Shown here: piece by piece, positions 49,330-57,879 of the stretch | Position numbering within the stretch: position 1 is the first letter of the stretch | Layout: every line of letters starts with the position of its first letter | IMG/VR virus record: IMGVR_UViG_3300026078_000017 | Location: 186,001-250,000 of that record | Reading direction: 5' to 3' (one strand) | Length of the DNA: 64,000 nt | Made by a program: the position numbers and the translations under genes | The notes under the pieces: model-generated | What the model saw: the letters and a program-made list of their open reading frames with translations, nothing else | What the model was told of the DNA's origin: nothing | Database searches by the model: none

Positions 49330-50010
49330 ATGCCCATCGATATAAAACCAACCGGAAAAACAATTTCCCTAGAAGAGCTTCTTCGAAAGGAAAATGCTGT
49401 TTATTTGCCCAAGCCTATGATTTCCCGACCAAATTCCCCAAGTGTGGAAAATGAGGAAGACAAGGTTCCAAGCAAGTTTTACTTGCCAGTCCTGAGGATT
49501 AATGACCCAACACAGTGGGAATCGAAACCCCTGAGCGAACGAGTACACTTCACAGATGAGGTGGCAAAGAAGACCTGTCTAGGAAACTGTTGTGGTGTCA
49601 AGGACTTGCGTGCCGGGTGTTGTCAGCTCGACGTGGACGAGGGAGACATGGAGCACGTTCTAGGTCCGGTGGATGAGGACTGGATCAAGAAAACAATCCA
49701 CTGGATGAAAAAGAAGGGATTGAACGTGACAAGACACGATCTTGTGATAGACTACGATGAAGGTAAACTAATCGGGCAACAGTTCTTTCACGATCACGAG
49801 GTCTTCAAACAGAAGGACACCTATCCAATCTTACGCATCCAGGCCAACGGAAAACGCTTTGCCTGCAAATTCCTAAATGTTCATAATGGTATGTGTACCA
49901 TTTACGAACAAAGACCGAACATGTGTAGAGACTATTTATGTGAGTATGTGAAGTCGAACTTCCTTGCAAGGACCAAGGAACACCCGAATACGTATAAAAA
50001 GCTAAGGTAG
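49330..50010 (+). CDS. YkgJ-family Cys-cluster (Zn/Fe-chelating) protein
   Basis: CLGNCC....AGCC; CKFL....GMCTIYEQRP.MCRDYLC. Confidence 0.8.
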   Translation: MPIDIKPTGKTISLEELLRKENAVYLPKPMISRPNSPSVENEEDKVPSKFYLPVLRINDPTQWESKPLSERVHFTDEVAKKTCLGNCCGVKDLRAGCCQLDVDEGDMEHVLGPVDEDWIKKTIHWMKKKGLNVTRHDLVIDYDEGKLIGQQFFHDHEVFKQKDTYPILRIQANGKRFACKFLNVHNGMCTIYEQRPNMCRDYLCEYVKSNFLARTKEHPNTYKKLR

Positions 50011-50013
50011 AAT

Positions 50014-50586
50014 ATGATAACGAAAACCGCAAAACCGATGCCAGTGACCGTTGACACGTGGACGCAGGGAAACGATCCAAAGCAGTATGCTATGGACGAG
50101 ATGCTCGATATTGTACGTCAGAAGTACAATAACCCTGACACCATTACTCACGTGATGGTTGGAACCGACAGTCACTCTGCCGGCGCGAACTACCATTTCG
50201 TTACCGTGCTTTGTGTGTGGGACGAGGGTAAGGGCGGCACGTACTTCTACAAGTCGACCTATGAGCCTAGGAAGACCTTCCAGGGCTCTCAGAAAATGAG
50301 ACTTCAAGACGAGGTTACCAAGAGCCTTGCCTTGGCTTTTGAACTTGAGGAAAAAACCAAGATCAAGCCAGAGGTCCATATTGATGCCTCTCCAGCGGAC
50401 AAAAAGGAATTCTCTTCCTCCTTCAGTGATTTTCTGAAGGGCTATGTACTTTCTTCGGGTTATGATGCAATACTGAAGCCAGAAAGCTTCGTCTCAAATT
50501 GTATTGCAGACAAGCACACCCGTAAAAGAGTACGGGCACGAAGAGGAAACAAAAATGGATCGCAAACAATTGGAAACAGCAATTGA
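50014..50586 (+). CDS. Ribonuclease H-like YkuK family protein
   Basis: VGTDS, FVTVL, GKGG.YFY, RL..EV.KSL..A, EVHID, KP.S...N..ADK. Confidence 0.82.
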   Translation: MITKTAKPMPVTVDTWTQGNDPKQYAMDEMLDIVRQKYNNPDTITHVMVGTDSHSAGANYHFVTVLCVWDEGKGGTYFYKSTYEPRKTFQGSQKMRLQDEVTKSLALAFELEEKTKIKPEVHIDASPADKKEFSSSFSDFLKGYVLSSGYDAILKPESFVSNCIADKHTRKRVRARRGNKNGSQTIGNSN

Positions 50587-50863
50587 ACGTCAAACCTTCA
50601 AATTTCTCACAATGATAAAGGAGTCTGCCTCAGACACCGTAATGTTGTGGGCAAATAGAAACAGGGTTGATGTTGACGTTGCTCTTCTACAAAGAATCCT
50701 TGACCAGTACAAGGCAGCAATTGAGAACGAGTATCTTGGCAAAGTCGATTACTTCATGAAGAACTTAGATGGGGAACTTGAAAAGTTTTCTGAGGTGTCA
50801 AACCCTTTGCCACTTACCGACGAGTTGAAGCCCAAGAGAAAAAACTCCAAAAAGAGCGCCTGA
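50555..50863 (+). CDS. Hypothetical protein
   Basis: ATG 50555 with AGAGGA RBS; in frame with the tracked ORF. Confidence 0.6.
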   Translation: MDRKQLETAIERQTFKFLTMIKESASDTVMLWANRNRVDVDVALLQRILDQYKAAIENEYLGKVDYFMKNLDGELEKFSEVSNPLPLTDELKPKRKNSKKSA

Positions 50864-50889
50864 GTACCAAGCTTAGGATCGCTCTTTTT
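50849..50889. terminator. Intrinsic terminator (possibly bidirectional)
   Basis: AAAAAGAGCG-CCTGAG-taccaag-CTTAGG-at-CGCTCTTTTT hairpin over the 50863 stop. Confidence 0.65.
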
Positions 50890-50945
50890 GTACTTGGTGG
50901 TATAGGCTTGGTCGGTATAGGTTTTCTTTCCGCCTTGTTATTGCT

Positions 50946-51419
50946 ATGAGAGACTACGTAAAGCACCTTATTCAATGCAAGTGCATTCTGATGCAGTTTC
51001 GTCAGATGCCAGATCCTCCTTTTCACAAGTTCATTGTGTTCTCGGAAATCGAACCCCCGGGCATTATAGTAAAATCTATTGTCCAGTGCCCGAACTGTGG
51101 TGCGGTTCACCGAGTAAAAGAAGTCGGAGTCAGTGAAGTCCTTCGTAAGGAAGATGCCCCAAGCATTCTGACAATCGAGGAAATCAAATCCTCCCTGCCA
51201 GAGAAACTGGTTGCAGGATTTTCAGGGTATGACCTTGAACTCCACCAGTGGATGGAAATCAAGTGGATCCTAGACAATGAACAGTGGGGCAGAAACGTCA
51301 TTCTCACAAAAGACTCTGCCGATGGTCTTGTCACAGGAAAGTATGTCCAAATCATATCCAAGGACATTTGGCGATTTAACAACTTCTCCCGTGAGGAGAT
51401 GATTGCAGAGAAGACATGA
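50946..51419 (+). CDS. Zinc-ribbon hypothetical protein
   Basis: QCKC and CPNCGAVH motifs. Confidence 0.65.
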   Translation: MRDYVKHLIQCKCILMQFRQMPDPPFHKFIVFSEIEPPGIIVKSIVQCPNCGAVHRVKEVGVSEVLRKEDAPSILTIEEIKSSLPEKLVAGFSGYDLELHQWMEIKWILDNEQWGRNVILTKDSADGLVTGKYVQIISKDIWRFNNFSREEMIAEKT

Positions 51420-51724
51420 CAGACACCAAAGAACAAACCCCAGCAGAGTTTTGGGAAGAAGAACAACCAGATCAGGTTTACATCAAACCACGTCTAGAGA
51501 TGAATCTTTCCCCAAAGCAGAAACAAGACTGTAGAGACATTGCCCTGGAGATTCGTAAGTTCGGAATCAACTACAGACAGAGATTGTTTCTGTTGGAACT
51601 CCTTGCCCTTGAGTGCGAAGATAATAACCTCATCCGAGATATCAAGGCTGCCATTGAGAAGTCCAGGGAGACTTTCGGCAAGCAACAGGAATCCGGGTTG
51701 ATTATTCCTGGGTCAAACGACTGA
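51416..51724 (+). CDS. Hypothetical protein (102 aa)
   Basis: ATGA overlap with the upstream gene. Confidence 0.65.
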   Translation: MTDTKEQTPAEFWEEEQPDQVYIKPRLEMNLSPKQKQDCRDIALEIRKFGINYRQRLFLLELLALECEDNNLIRDIKAAIEKSRETFGKQQESGLIIPGSND

Positions 51725-52112
51725 CCCGACACAAGTTGTGGTAGGCGTTTCTGATAAATGTCATCTGATAAATACCAACCGTCACAACCTGATTTTTGTA
51801 TAAGCAGCGATAGTACTCGCCATTTATCTGATCTGCTGACCTTGGCACAAACTCAAGAATAAGCAACCAACCCGGAAACATCAGGTTTGTTGGTCTACGA
51901 TAGTGACCATATTCATGCTTCTCTGAAAGCACTGACAAAGAAAAGTCAGCCCCTATAATGAGAAGGTCACCAGGCTCAAAGACGTCCGTTTGGAAGAGCG
52001 ATAATCCTTCGGGTGACTCCGTCTTCTGGGAACGTGTAGGTGTACTCGCCATATAGACTGTGTTCGTTTGGACCCGCTTCTCGATAGTAGTACCCTGGAG
52101 TACTCTTGTCAA
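51702..52112 (-). CDS. Small protein with FEPGDLL...LLILE pattern (same family as the right-arm array); start uncertain
   Basis: ORF track; motif similarity to array proteins. Confidence 0.5.
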   Translation of the reverse strand: MTRVLQGTTIEKRVQTNTVYMASTPTRSQKTESPEGLSLFQTDVFEPGDLLIIGADFSLSVLSEKHEYGHYRRPTNLMFPGWLLILEFVPRSADQINGEYYRCLYKNQVVTVGIYQMTFIRNAYHNLCRVSRLTQE

Positions 52113-52278
52113 GCTTAGTCTTTAACTTCGTACCATCCGTGTCCATCCAGTGAATAAAGTGTAACATGAACTCCTGGTAAATAACCGGATTGACACCAGG
52201 AGGAGATACCCTGCGGAAAATCCTCTCCATGCCAGTTGTCATCTTTGGAGTTGGAAGTGTTGGTTTTGGTGGTTGCAT
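51976..52278 (-). CDS. Hypothetical protein
   Basis: ATG 52278 follows the upstream TAA (TAATATG). Confidence 0.5.
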   Translation of the reverse strand: MQPPKPTLPTPKMTTGMERIFRRVSPPGVNPVIYQEFMLHFIHWMDTDGTKLKTKLDKSTPGYYYREAGPNEHSLYGEYTYTFPEDGVTRRIIALPNGRL

Positions 52279-52279
52279 A

Positions 52280-52441
52280 TTATCTGTACCTTGGGTAAGT
52301 CGCATGTCTTCGACAACACTTTTGGAAGTCTTCCTCAGCCTTACGTAAAACTTCTCGAAACTGTTCAGGCGTGGGAACTTCTACCTTCTCATAGTCTTCC
52401 TCAGAAAGAGTCTTGAAAATATCTGGTCTGTTGTCAGTCAT
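52280..52441 (-). CDS. Small acidic protein (53 aa)
   Basis: Manual translation MTDNRPDIFKTLSEEDYEKVEVPTPEQFREVLRKAEEDFQKCCRRHATYPRYR*; GGGGAG RBS. Confidence 0.55.
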   Translation of the reverse strand: MTDNRPDIFKTLSEEDYEKVEVPTPEQFREVLRKAEEDFQKCCRRHATYPRYR

Positions 52442-52455
52442 AGCACTCCCCTAGT

Positions 52456-53397
52456 TTATGGGATTGGTAATAAAATGGGCAAAGACAAGGGATCTGGACA
52501 AGCCCACACAGGAGCATCAACCCATACCGGAATCCTACCAGAAAACCAAATCTTGTAGAAAATGGTCTTGTAGTCATTCCCACCAACATATTGACCGTCA
52601 GCCGTAAGAGAGTGAGTTACTACCCTGTAGTCCATCAAGGTCCCAACCAACCCACACAAAGGAAACTTCACATAAGTCTCCCCTGTCAAGTCACTAGAAC
52701 TCTGATGTATGTTGTTATTGGTGTTGTTGAAAAACCAGTGCTTCTGTCTTCTGGTCTCAACTACTCCAGGAATACCAGTTATCATGTCCGTGTCCAACCA
52801 GGCAATCTGGTGGAAGTTCACACTGTCCCCAGCAGAGAACCCTATCGACTGTCCATCTCCATTAAGAATCTTTGACCTTTTTGTCACATAGTCCCTTAAC
52901 CGAAGTCCCCCATGCTCCCGCATGTCCCAACGTTTCGTGTCCGTCATGGACTCCTCATAGTCATAACCAGTCAACTCCAACATTCCGTCCACATCCAAAA
53001 AACAATTCAATGTCAAAGTCGGTATGTACTTCGTCTCCTCAGGACTTCCCTTTGTGGTGTGATTTACAATATCTACCATAATGAACTTGTCCTTTAGGGC
53101 AGGAGGTAAGAAGTAGTGGTTAGGATAAGAGAAGGCGGTGCTTACAAACTGTAGGTCACACTTAACAGCCACCAGGTCACCTATCGTCGGAAGATAGTCC
53201 TCAAGCCCTCCTAGAGCCGGCAATAATACATTCTTGGGCGGTACATCCGGAAGATGTGTCACAACAAGTCTCCGACCATCAAAATATCTCCAAGAGGCAT
53301 GATATATCGACATGTACAATCTACCAGAACCATACTCATTAACCCGCGCACGAGTAAACCACTTGTCCATGATAAATGCATTCCGACACCCCCGCAT
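52456..53397 (-). CDS. Hypothetical protein with LPTIGDLV-type beta modules
   Basis: Tracked ORF 52456..53508; start moved to ATG 53397, 6 nt after a TATTTA motif. Confidence 0.55.
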   Translation of the reverse strand: MRGCRNAFIMDKWFTRARVNEYGSGRLYMSIYHASWRYFDGRRLVVTHLPDVPPKNVLLPALGGLEDYLPTIGDLVAVKCDLQFVSTAFSYPNHYFLPPALKDKFIMVDIVNHTTKGSPEETKYIPTLTLNCFLDVDGMLELTGYDYEESMTDTKRWDMREHGGLRLRDYVTKRSKILNGDGQSIGFSAGDSVNFHQIAWLDTDMITGIPGVVETRRQKHWFFNNTNNNIHQSSSDLTGETYVKFPLCGLVGTLMDYRVVTHSLTADGQYVGGNDYKTIFYKIWFSGRIPVWVDAPVWACPDPLSLPILLPIP

Positions 53398-53531
53398 ACC
53401 ATTTAAATAGATGACCACAAATACCCAAATCAACTTATTCCCAAATATCCACTTATTGCCAATATGAACAAATGCCAATATCAATAAAACAAATATCCAT
53501 ATAACCAATAATCAACCCACCATAATAAAAC

Positions 53532-53633
53532 ATGCTCATCATCCCAGGATCCCTAGAAGCACTCGCCATCCTCATAGTCACCCTCACTATGGCATATACC
53601 CTCTTCTACCTCCTCTCAGATAATGACCACTAA
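53532..53633 (+). CDS. Putative 33-aa single-pass membrane peptide
   Basis: MLIIPGSLEALAILIVTLTMAYTLFYLLSDNDH*; manual translation. Confidence 0.35.
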   Translation: MLIIPGSLEALAILIVTLTMAYTLFYLLSDNDH

Positions 53634-53799
53634 CCCATAAAGACACTGAGTGGCGAGAGTGAGAGATACAGAGAGAGAGAACACACCCACGTCCTCCCCT
53701 AAGATTTTCTGAGATTTATCAGGCGTTTTTCTTCGCAAAGTTTCAGAAGTTGACAAAAGGGTGAGACCCAACCCCTAATTTACACCTCCACCCTCTTTT

Positions 53800-53895
53800 G
53801 GAATTCCCAGGTTTCCCCTTAGTTCTCAGACACTTACAAAGATTTCCCTAAAGAGTGTGGTTTTGGGTGTGTTTAGAATTCCCTAAGGAATTCCA
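53800..53895. repeat. Cluster of AATTCCC-type imperfect repeats
   Basis: GGAATTCCCAGG, AGATTTCCCTAAAG, AGAATTCCCTAAGGAATTCC. Confidence 0.5.
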
Positions 53896-53965
53896 TATGT
53901 GGCGGCAGTTCTGGTTTCTCTTTTGGGGATTACACAAGATTTGAGGTTGATACCAAAATATCCTT

Positions 53966-55375
53966 ATGCGAAATTCCTCCTCCAAGTCCAAGTCCCCGGT
54001 TTCTAAGAAAACCAAACAGCCAAGGAAACACCTGGCAAAACAGCAGGCCAAAAACAACAAGAAGATGTCTTCCAAAAAGCAGCAGACTCAGAAGGAGAGT
54101 CTGTTAAGCCTGAAGTCTGGTGGGACATTTCCTAGAAGTGTAAGTTCTTCTTCTGCTGGTACCTGGAGTGTTCAACCAGTTTCCTCCACCGGAATACCTT
54201 CCACAAGCAACAGCACCACATTTGAACTAAAGAAGGCAATGTCCTCTCGACTCTTACACAAGGTCAAGGCATTTACTCCTGGGGAGATGGTTTTGAAAAA
54301 GCTAGCTGTGATGGAGTACATCGACCTGTACCTGAGGATTCTGAAAAAGGTGAACTCCACAAACACGCCATCCCTTGGAGGTTTAGGGGGAAGTCCAAAT
54401 GTGGTTATTGCCACTTCTGGGTACTCGGTGTCTCTCAGTCCAATCACCACTTCCACGCCAATGTCCACAAGCACCTCAGTGTCTGTTGGTGGTAGTAAAC
54501 CAATAAACCTGGGTTCGGCTTTTACACACATTGGTGGGTCGTCTTCTCCTTCCTCAGGTGCCTCGGTTGAACTTACCATTCTCCCACAACCCCAGTTTTC
54601 TAAAATAGACATGGAAGTCACCTTCGACGGGTCAGAGCTTGAAGAGGTAGTTTACAAAACCAAAAGCAAGCAAGCCGAGCCAGCCAAGTCAACCGCAAAG
54701 AAGGCAACCAAAAAGCTGGCCCAGGAGAAGGAAGGACCAATAACCAAGTCCTTGAGAGAAGCCACAGAAGGGTTGCCATCCTTTGCCAATATGTCCCCGG
54801 CAGGCATCCTGGGAACCTTGATTTCCGATAACCTAAACCCTGGGTTGAAGGATGCTGGAAATCTGGAAAGAGACATCACCAAGTCAACCTCTGCCACGGA
54901 CGTGATCTTTGCCGAAATGCTCCTGTGTGTGTCCAAGCCTTTTTTGAAAAAGAGGGACATCGAAAAGGAACAGGAAGAAGTCGAAAAACAACTCACCTTC
55001 AAGTTTCATGGACAAGGAGACAGGTCAGACTCTTCTTCCTCCATTACACCAGAACACCTCAGGGACTACGACCTGTCGAAACTGGAAAACCTGGAAGTCA
55101 CCACAGACCACACAGAAGACAGCGATGAAGAAGACCCAAAAGGGCTTTGGTCCAAGTCACTCGACACCGGCGGATTCACCTTTTCTGGAAGTTCTGCTGG
55201 GTATTTCGGAGAAGCCAACACGATCTTTCAGGAGTTCTGGAACCTTGAGAAAAACTGCAAGGTCGAGGTTGCCCTGAGTGCCTTTGAACCAAAACACCTG
55301 GAGGTCTATGACCCACAGGGGATTCACAAAAACTGGAAGTCCCTGTCAACCTTGAAGAAAGACCTTGGCGAGTAG
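53966..55375 (+). CDS. Low-complexity K/S/T-rich, largely disordered protein (469 aa)
   Basis: Long ORF; basic N-terminus, S/T tracts, acidic C-terminus. Confidence 0.65.
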   Translation: MRNSSSKSKSPVSKKTKQPRKHLAKQQAKNNKKMSSKKQQTQKESLLSLKSGGTFPRSVSSSSAGTWSVQPVSSTGIPSTSNSTTFELKKAMSSRLLHKVKAFTPGEMVLKKLAVMEYIDLYLRILKKVNSTNTPSLGGLGGSPNVVIATSGYSVSLSPITTSTPMSTSTSVSVGGSKPINLGSAFTHIGGSSSPSSGASVELTILPQPQFSKIDMEVTFDGSELEEVVYKTKSKQAEPAKSTAKKATKKLAQEKEGPITKSLREATEGLPSFANMSPAGILGTLISDNLNPGLKDAGNLERDITKSTSATDVIFAEMLLCVSKPFLKKRDIEKEQEEVEKQLTFKFHGQGDRSDSSSSITPEHLRDYDLSKLENLEVTTDHTEDSDEEDPKGLWSKSLDTGGFTFSGSSAGYFGEANTIFQEFWNLEKNCKVEVALSAFEPKHLEVYDPQGIHKNWKSLSTLKKDLGE

Positions 55376-55380
55376 TTCCC

Positions 55381-55956
55381 GTGAGTTCCTCAATCGCCAA
55401 GTTCCAAAAAGTCCTAAGAGACGCAGCTCGGTATCAAATCATCAAAAGGATGAACGAGATCGAGGCCGAAACAGACTTTGAGTCCAGTTGTTACCTTGCT
55501 GAGTCTACAAATAGTGTTGACATAACCCCCGAGATAACCAAAATGGCAAACCCAAGTTCTGACGATGAGAAACCCCTGGATGCAGACCTTCACGAAACCC
55601 TTAGGGCCAAGTATGGGACCTATGCTATTCCAAAATACATGTATGGTCAAGCTTTGGCACAAGGCAGTCTTTACAAAAGAAACGACAAGGGTGTTCCGGA
55701 CTGGGACAGAGGCAGAGTTACTTCCTCTTCTGGTATAGGAGACCCAAACCAGTATCTCTTCACCCAAAGTAACACAACGATTCCCTTGAACTACGCCTTC
55801 AAGACTGGTGACATCATTCTGATAACTTCAAGCCCACAGGCAGAACAGCCCTGGCAAAACGTCCTGGTGCTCCACAATAACGCCAGAGCCAGACTTTACA
55901 CAAACCCCGAGATTCTGTTGTACTGGGACCTTGTGAGCGAACCTGAGGTCAAGTAA
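55381..55956 (+). CDS. Hypothetical protein with C-terminal FKTGDIIL array-type domain
   Basis: ORF track; C-terminal motif similarity to array proteins. Confidence 0.6.
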   Translation: MSSSIAKFQKVLRDAARYQIIKRMNEIEAETDFESSCYLAESTNSVDITPEITKMANPSSDDEKPLDADLHETLRAKYGTYAIPKYMYGQALAQGSLYKRNDKGVPDWDRGRVTSSSGIGDPNQYLFTQSNTTIPLNYAFKTGDIILITSSPQAEQPWQNVLVLHNNARARLYTNPEILLYWDLVSEPEVK

Positions 55957-56236
55957 GGGATTTCAAAGTCCAAAATTCTCCCGGGAATTTTTTCCACAGG
56001 GAAATTCCCCAGGAAATTTTTTCCAAAATTGAAATTGGAATTTGAAAATTGACTTGCGCCAAAAAGTACAGGGGTCAAGCCTATTAACACAATAGGAACC
56101 CCCGGTCATTATGGACGTGGGGGGGTGGGGTCAATTTGATACCCCTGGTAGGGGTGGGGGTCAATACCCCCAATTGACGGGTATCAAGTTCGATACAGTG
56201 TCAAGTGTAGGTATCAAACGAGATACCTTGACAAGG
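55957..56236. repeat. Repeat/palindrome-rich non-coding element (origin or terminus candidate)
   Basis: GG[GA]AATTTTTTCC at 55983 and 56012; GGGAAATTCCCC at 55999; GGGGTCAA at 56071, 56127, 56157; GTATCAA at 56181, 56211; four G-tracts 56119-56160. Confidence 0.7.
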
Positions 56237-56256
56237 CATGTGATGTATGCTAGGGT
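56228..56256 (+). promoter_or_regulatory. Sigma70-type early promoter
   Basis: TTGACA-N17-TAGGGT with TGC just before -10; ATG at 56262. Confidence 0.7.
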
Positions 56257-56261
56257 GTATC

Positions 56262-56471
56262 ATGTCTGAGTGGCATCACAACTGGCAGCCTGGGTATCTA
56301 TATAGGTGCATACATCATCATGGCACATGGATTGCACCTGGCGACTTAGTTTTGTTATTGAATGAAGGTGGTGATGGTCGGTATGAGGTGTATCACTTCC
56401 GTCTTGGACAGAAGGCATTGGTATTGCATCATGATGCGGTGTGGCATTTTAAGTTAGAAGCCAAGCTTTGA
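56262..56471 (+). CDS. Small SH3/KOW-like array protein
   Basis: WQPGYLY...APGDLVLLL...YEVYHF. Confidence 0.6.
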   Translation: MSEWHHNWQPGYLYRCIHHHGTWIAPGDLVLLLNEGGDGRYEVYHFRLGQKALVLHHDAVWHFKLEAKL

Positions 56472-56752
56472 GGGTCAACATGGAAAATTGTTCTACTGAG
56501 GAGAAGGAGCATTTGTCTTTAACCAACATGCCTAGGGTTGGCGACTTGGTTTGGTTACCGAATTACTACACTCCGCACTTATATCTTGTGATACAAAATC
56601 CGGTAGTATCATGGTTGAACTCTACTGATGGATATTTGGTGGAGTTTTTGTGTGTTGACATGGTGACGCAGAGAAAAGGACTTCAGTGTTTCGAGCAGTA
56701 TCCCGATATTTGTATCGATAGCGATTATCGGATCATGTCGAGGTTTTGTTGA
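56468..56752 (+). CDS. Small SH3/KOW-like array protein
   Basis: MPRVGDLVW...LYLVI. Confidence 0.6.
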   Translation: MRVNMENCSTEEKEHLSLTNMPRVGDLVWLPNYYTPHLYLVIQNPVVSWLNSTDGYLVEFLCVDMVTQRKGLQCFEQYPDICIDSDYRIMSRFC

Positions 56753-56777
56753 CATGTTGTCATGGGTCTGCTAGTGT
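56749..56777 (+). promoter_or_regulatory. Sigma70-type early promoter
   Basis: TTGACA-N17-TAGTGT with TGC; GTG start at 56784. Confidence 0.7.
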
Positions 56778-56783
56778 GAGAGG

Positions 56784-57017
56784 GTGGAAGAGAACGTTGG
56801 AAAGTTATTGAGGGCGAAGGGATCCTGTCGAGCCTGGGCTTTGGTCTCAGTTGGGGAAGTGATTTGTCTTATCCATCCTTCGGATATCATTTTGGTCTTG
56901 AGGTGGCATAACTCACATTTTATTGTGTGGGACTTGACACAGCAATGCATGTACGAGGTTTTCTTTCTAGATTTTGCGCGTATGGACTGGGAAGAGGTAA
57001 CGAGTGAAGGATTCTGA
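56784..57017 (+). CDS. Small SH3/KOW-like array protein
   Basis: VGKLL...HPSDIILVL...FIVWDL. Confidence 0.55.
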   Translation: MEENVGKLLRAKGSCRAWALVSVGEVICLIHPSDIILVLRWHNSHFIVWDLTQQCMYEVFFLDFARMDWEEVTSEGF

Positions 57018-57312
57018 CTTTGGTGGGCTTTATAAGCCTTTGAGACGTGTTCCTAGGGCTGGGGATATTCTCTTGCAGGATTTTCCTCGGTGGGCTAGTG
57101 GCGAGCTTGGAATCTACATGGTAACCTCAGAGCCTGCATATCACACCACCAAGAGTCCATATTTGCCGCCAGGGACTTTAATTTGGCACATTGACTTGTG
57201 GAACTTGGTTGACTATGGATTTACGTGGTGGGAGCCGCAGGGTTTGGAAGATGGTAAGTTGACTTCTGAGAGTGTGCAAGGGTGGTATTTGGCGACTTAT
57301 GACAAAGTCTAG
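57004..57312 (+). CDS. Small SH3/KOW-like array protein
   Basis: VPRAGDIL...IYMVTSEP...LWNL. Confidence 0.6.
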   Translation: MKDSDFGGLYKPLRRVPRAGDILLQDFPRWASGELGIYMVTSEPAYHTTKSPYLPPGTLIWHIDLWNLVDYGFTWWEPQGLEDGKLTSESVQGWYLATYDKV

Positions 57313-57616
57313 CAAAAATCTTGTGCCGGCAACCTTTGTGCCAGAGGTTGGGGAGATTTATAGGATTAAGGGAAATTATGGCCGTGGCAATAGCAGCGTG
57401 CCATTTTACACAATCAATGACCGTTTGTCAGGGGATTTTAGTTTCTTGCACACGGGTGATCTTGTTCTTTTTCTTTGTGAGGAGGAGAATTCTCACTGGA
57501 AAGGCACGCCTTATGCTTGTAAGTGGTGGAAGGTCTTTGACTTGAAGAATCTTTTGGTTGGACATATCATGGATGACACCAGGACGATTGAGAGCTTGTC
57601 TAAGGACTTGGCATGA
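57299..57616 (+). CDS. Small SH3/KOW-like array protein
   Basis: VPEVGEIY...LHTGDLVLFL...WKVFDL...GHI. Confidence 0.6.
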   Translation: MTKSSKNLVPATFVPEVGEIYRIKGNYGRGNSSVPFYTINDRLSGDFSFLHTGDLVLFLCEEENSHWKGTPYACKWWKVFDLKNLLVGHIMDDTRTIESLSKDLA

Positions 57617-57879
57617 AAATTGACTTACAGGTTGGCGACGTGTTTCAGACCAAAGCCACAAGTCACGCGTGGATTGGGCCAAAGTATTTGTTACTTGACA
57701 AATGTCCGATTGAACCAAAATACGGCAATTTTGAGTCGGCGTTTGCACTTGACCTTGACAAGTGTGAATGTTTCAGGTTTGCTATTGCGAGCGACAGCAC
57801 ACAGTTGACCATGGGTTATGAGTTAACGGTTTGGTCTATGTCAGGCAAGATGAAAATCTATACCAGTGAAATGTTATGA
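57613..57879 (+). CDS. Small SH3/KOW-like array protein
   Basis: LQVGDVF...YLLL...ALDL; ATGA overlap. Confidence 0.6.
   Translation: MKIDLQVGDVFQTKATSHAWIGPKYLLLDKCPIEPKYGNFESAFALDLDKCECFRFAIASDSTQLTMGYELTVWSMSGKMKIYTSEML

Noticed and set aside
53650-53700. GA/CA microsatellite-like tract
   Set aside because: Short and imperfect; explained by the local strand skew.
53750-53781. Sigma70 promoter at TTGACA 53750
   Set aside because: No acceptable -10 at 16-18 nt spacing.
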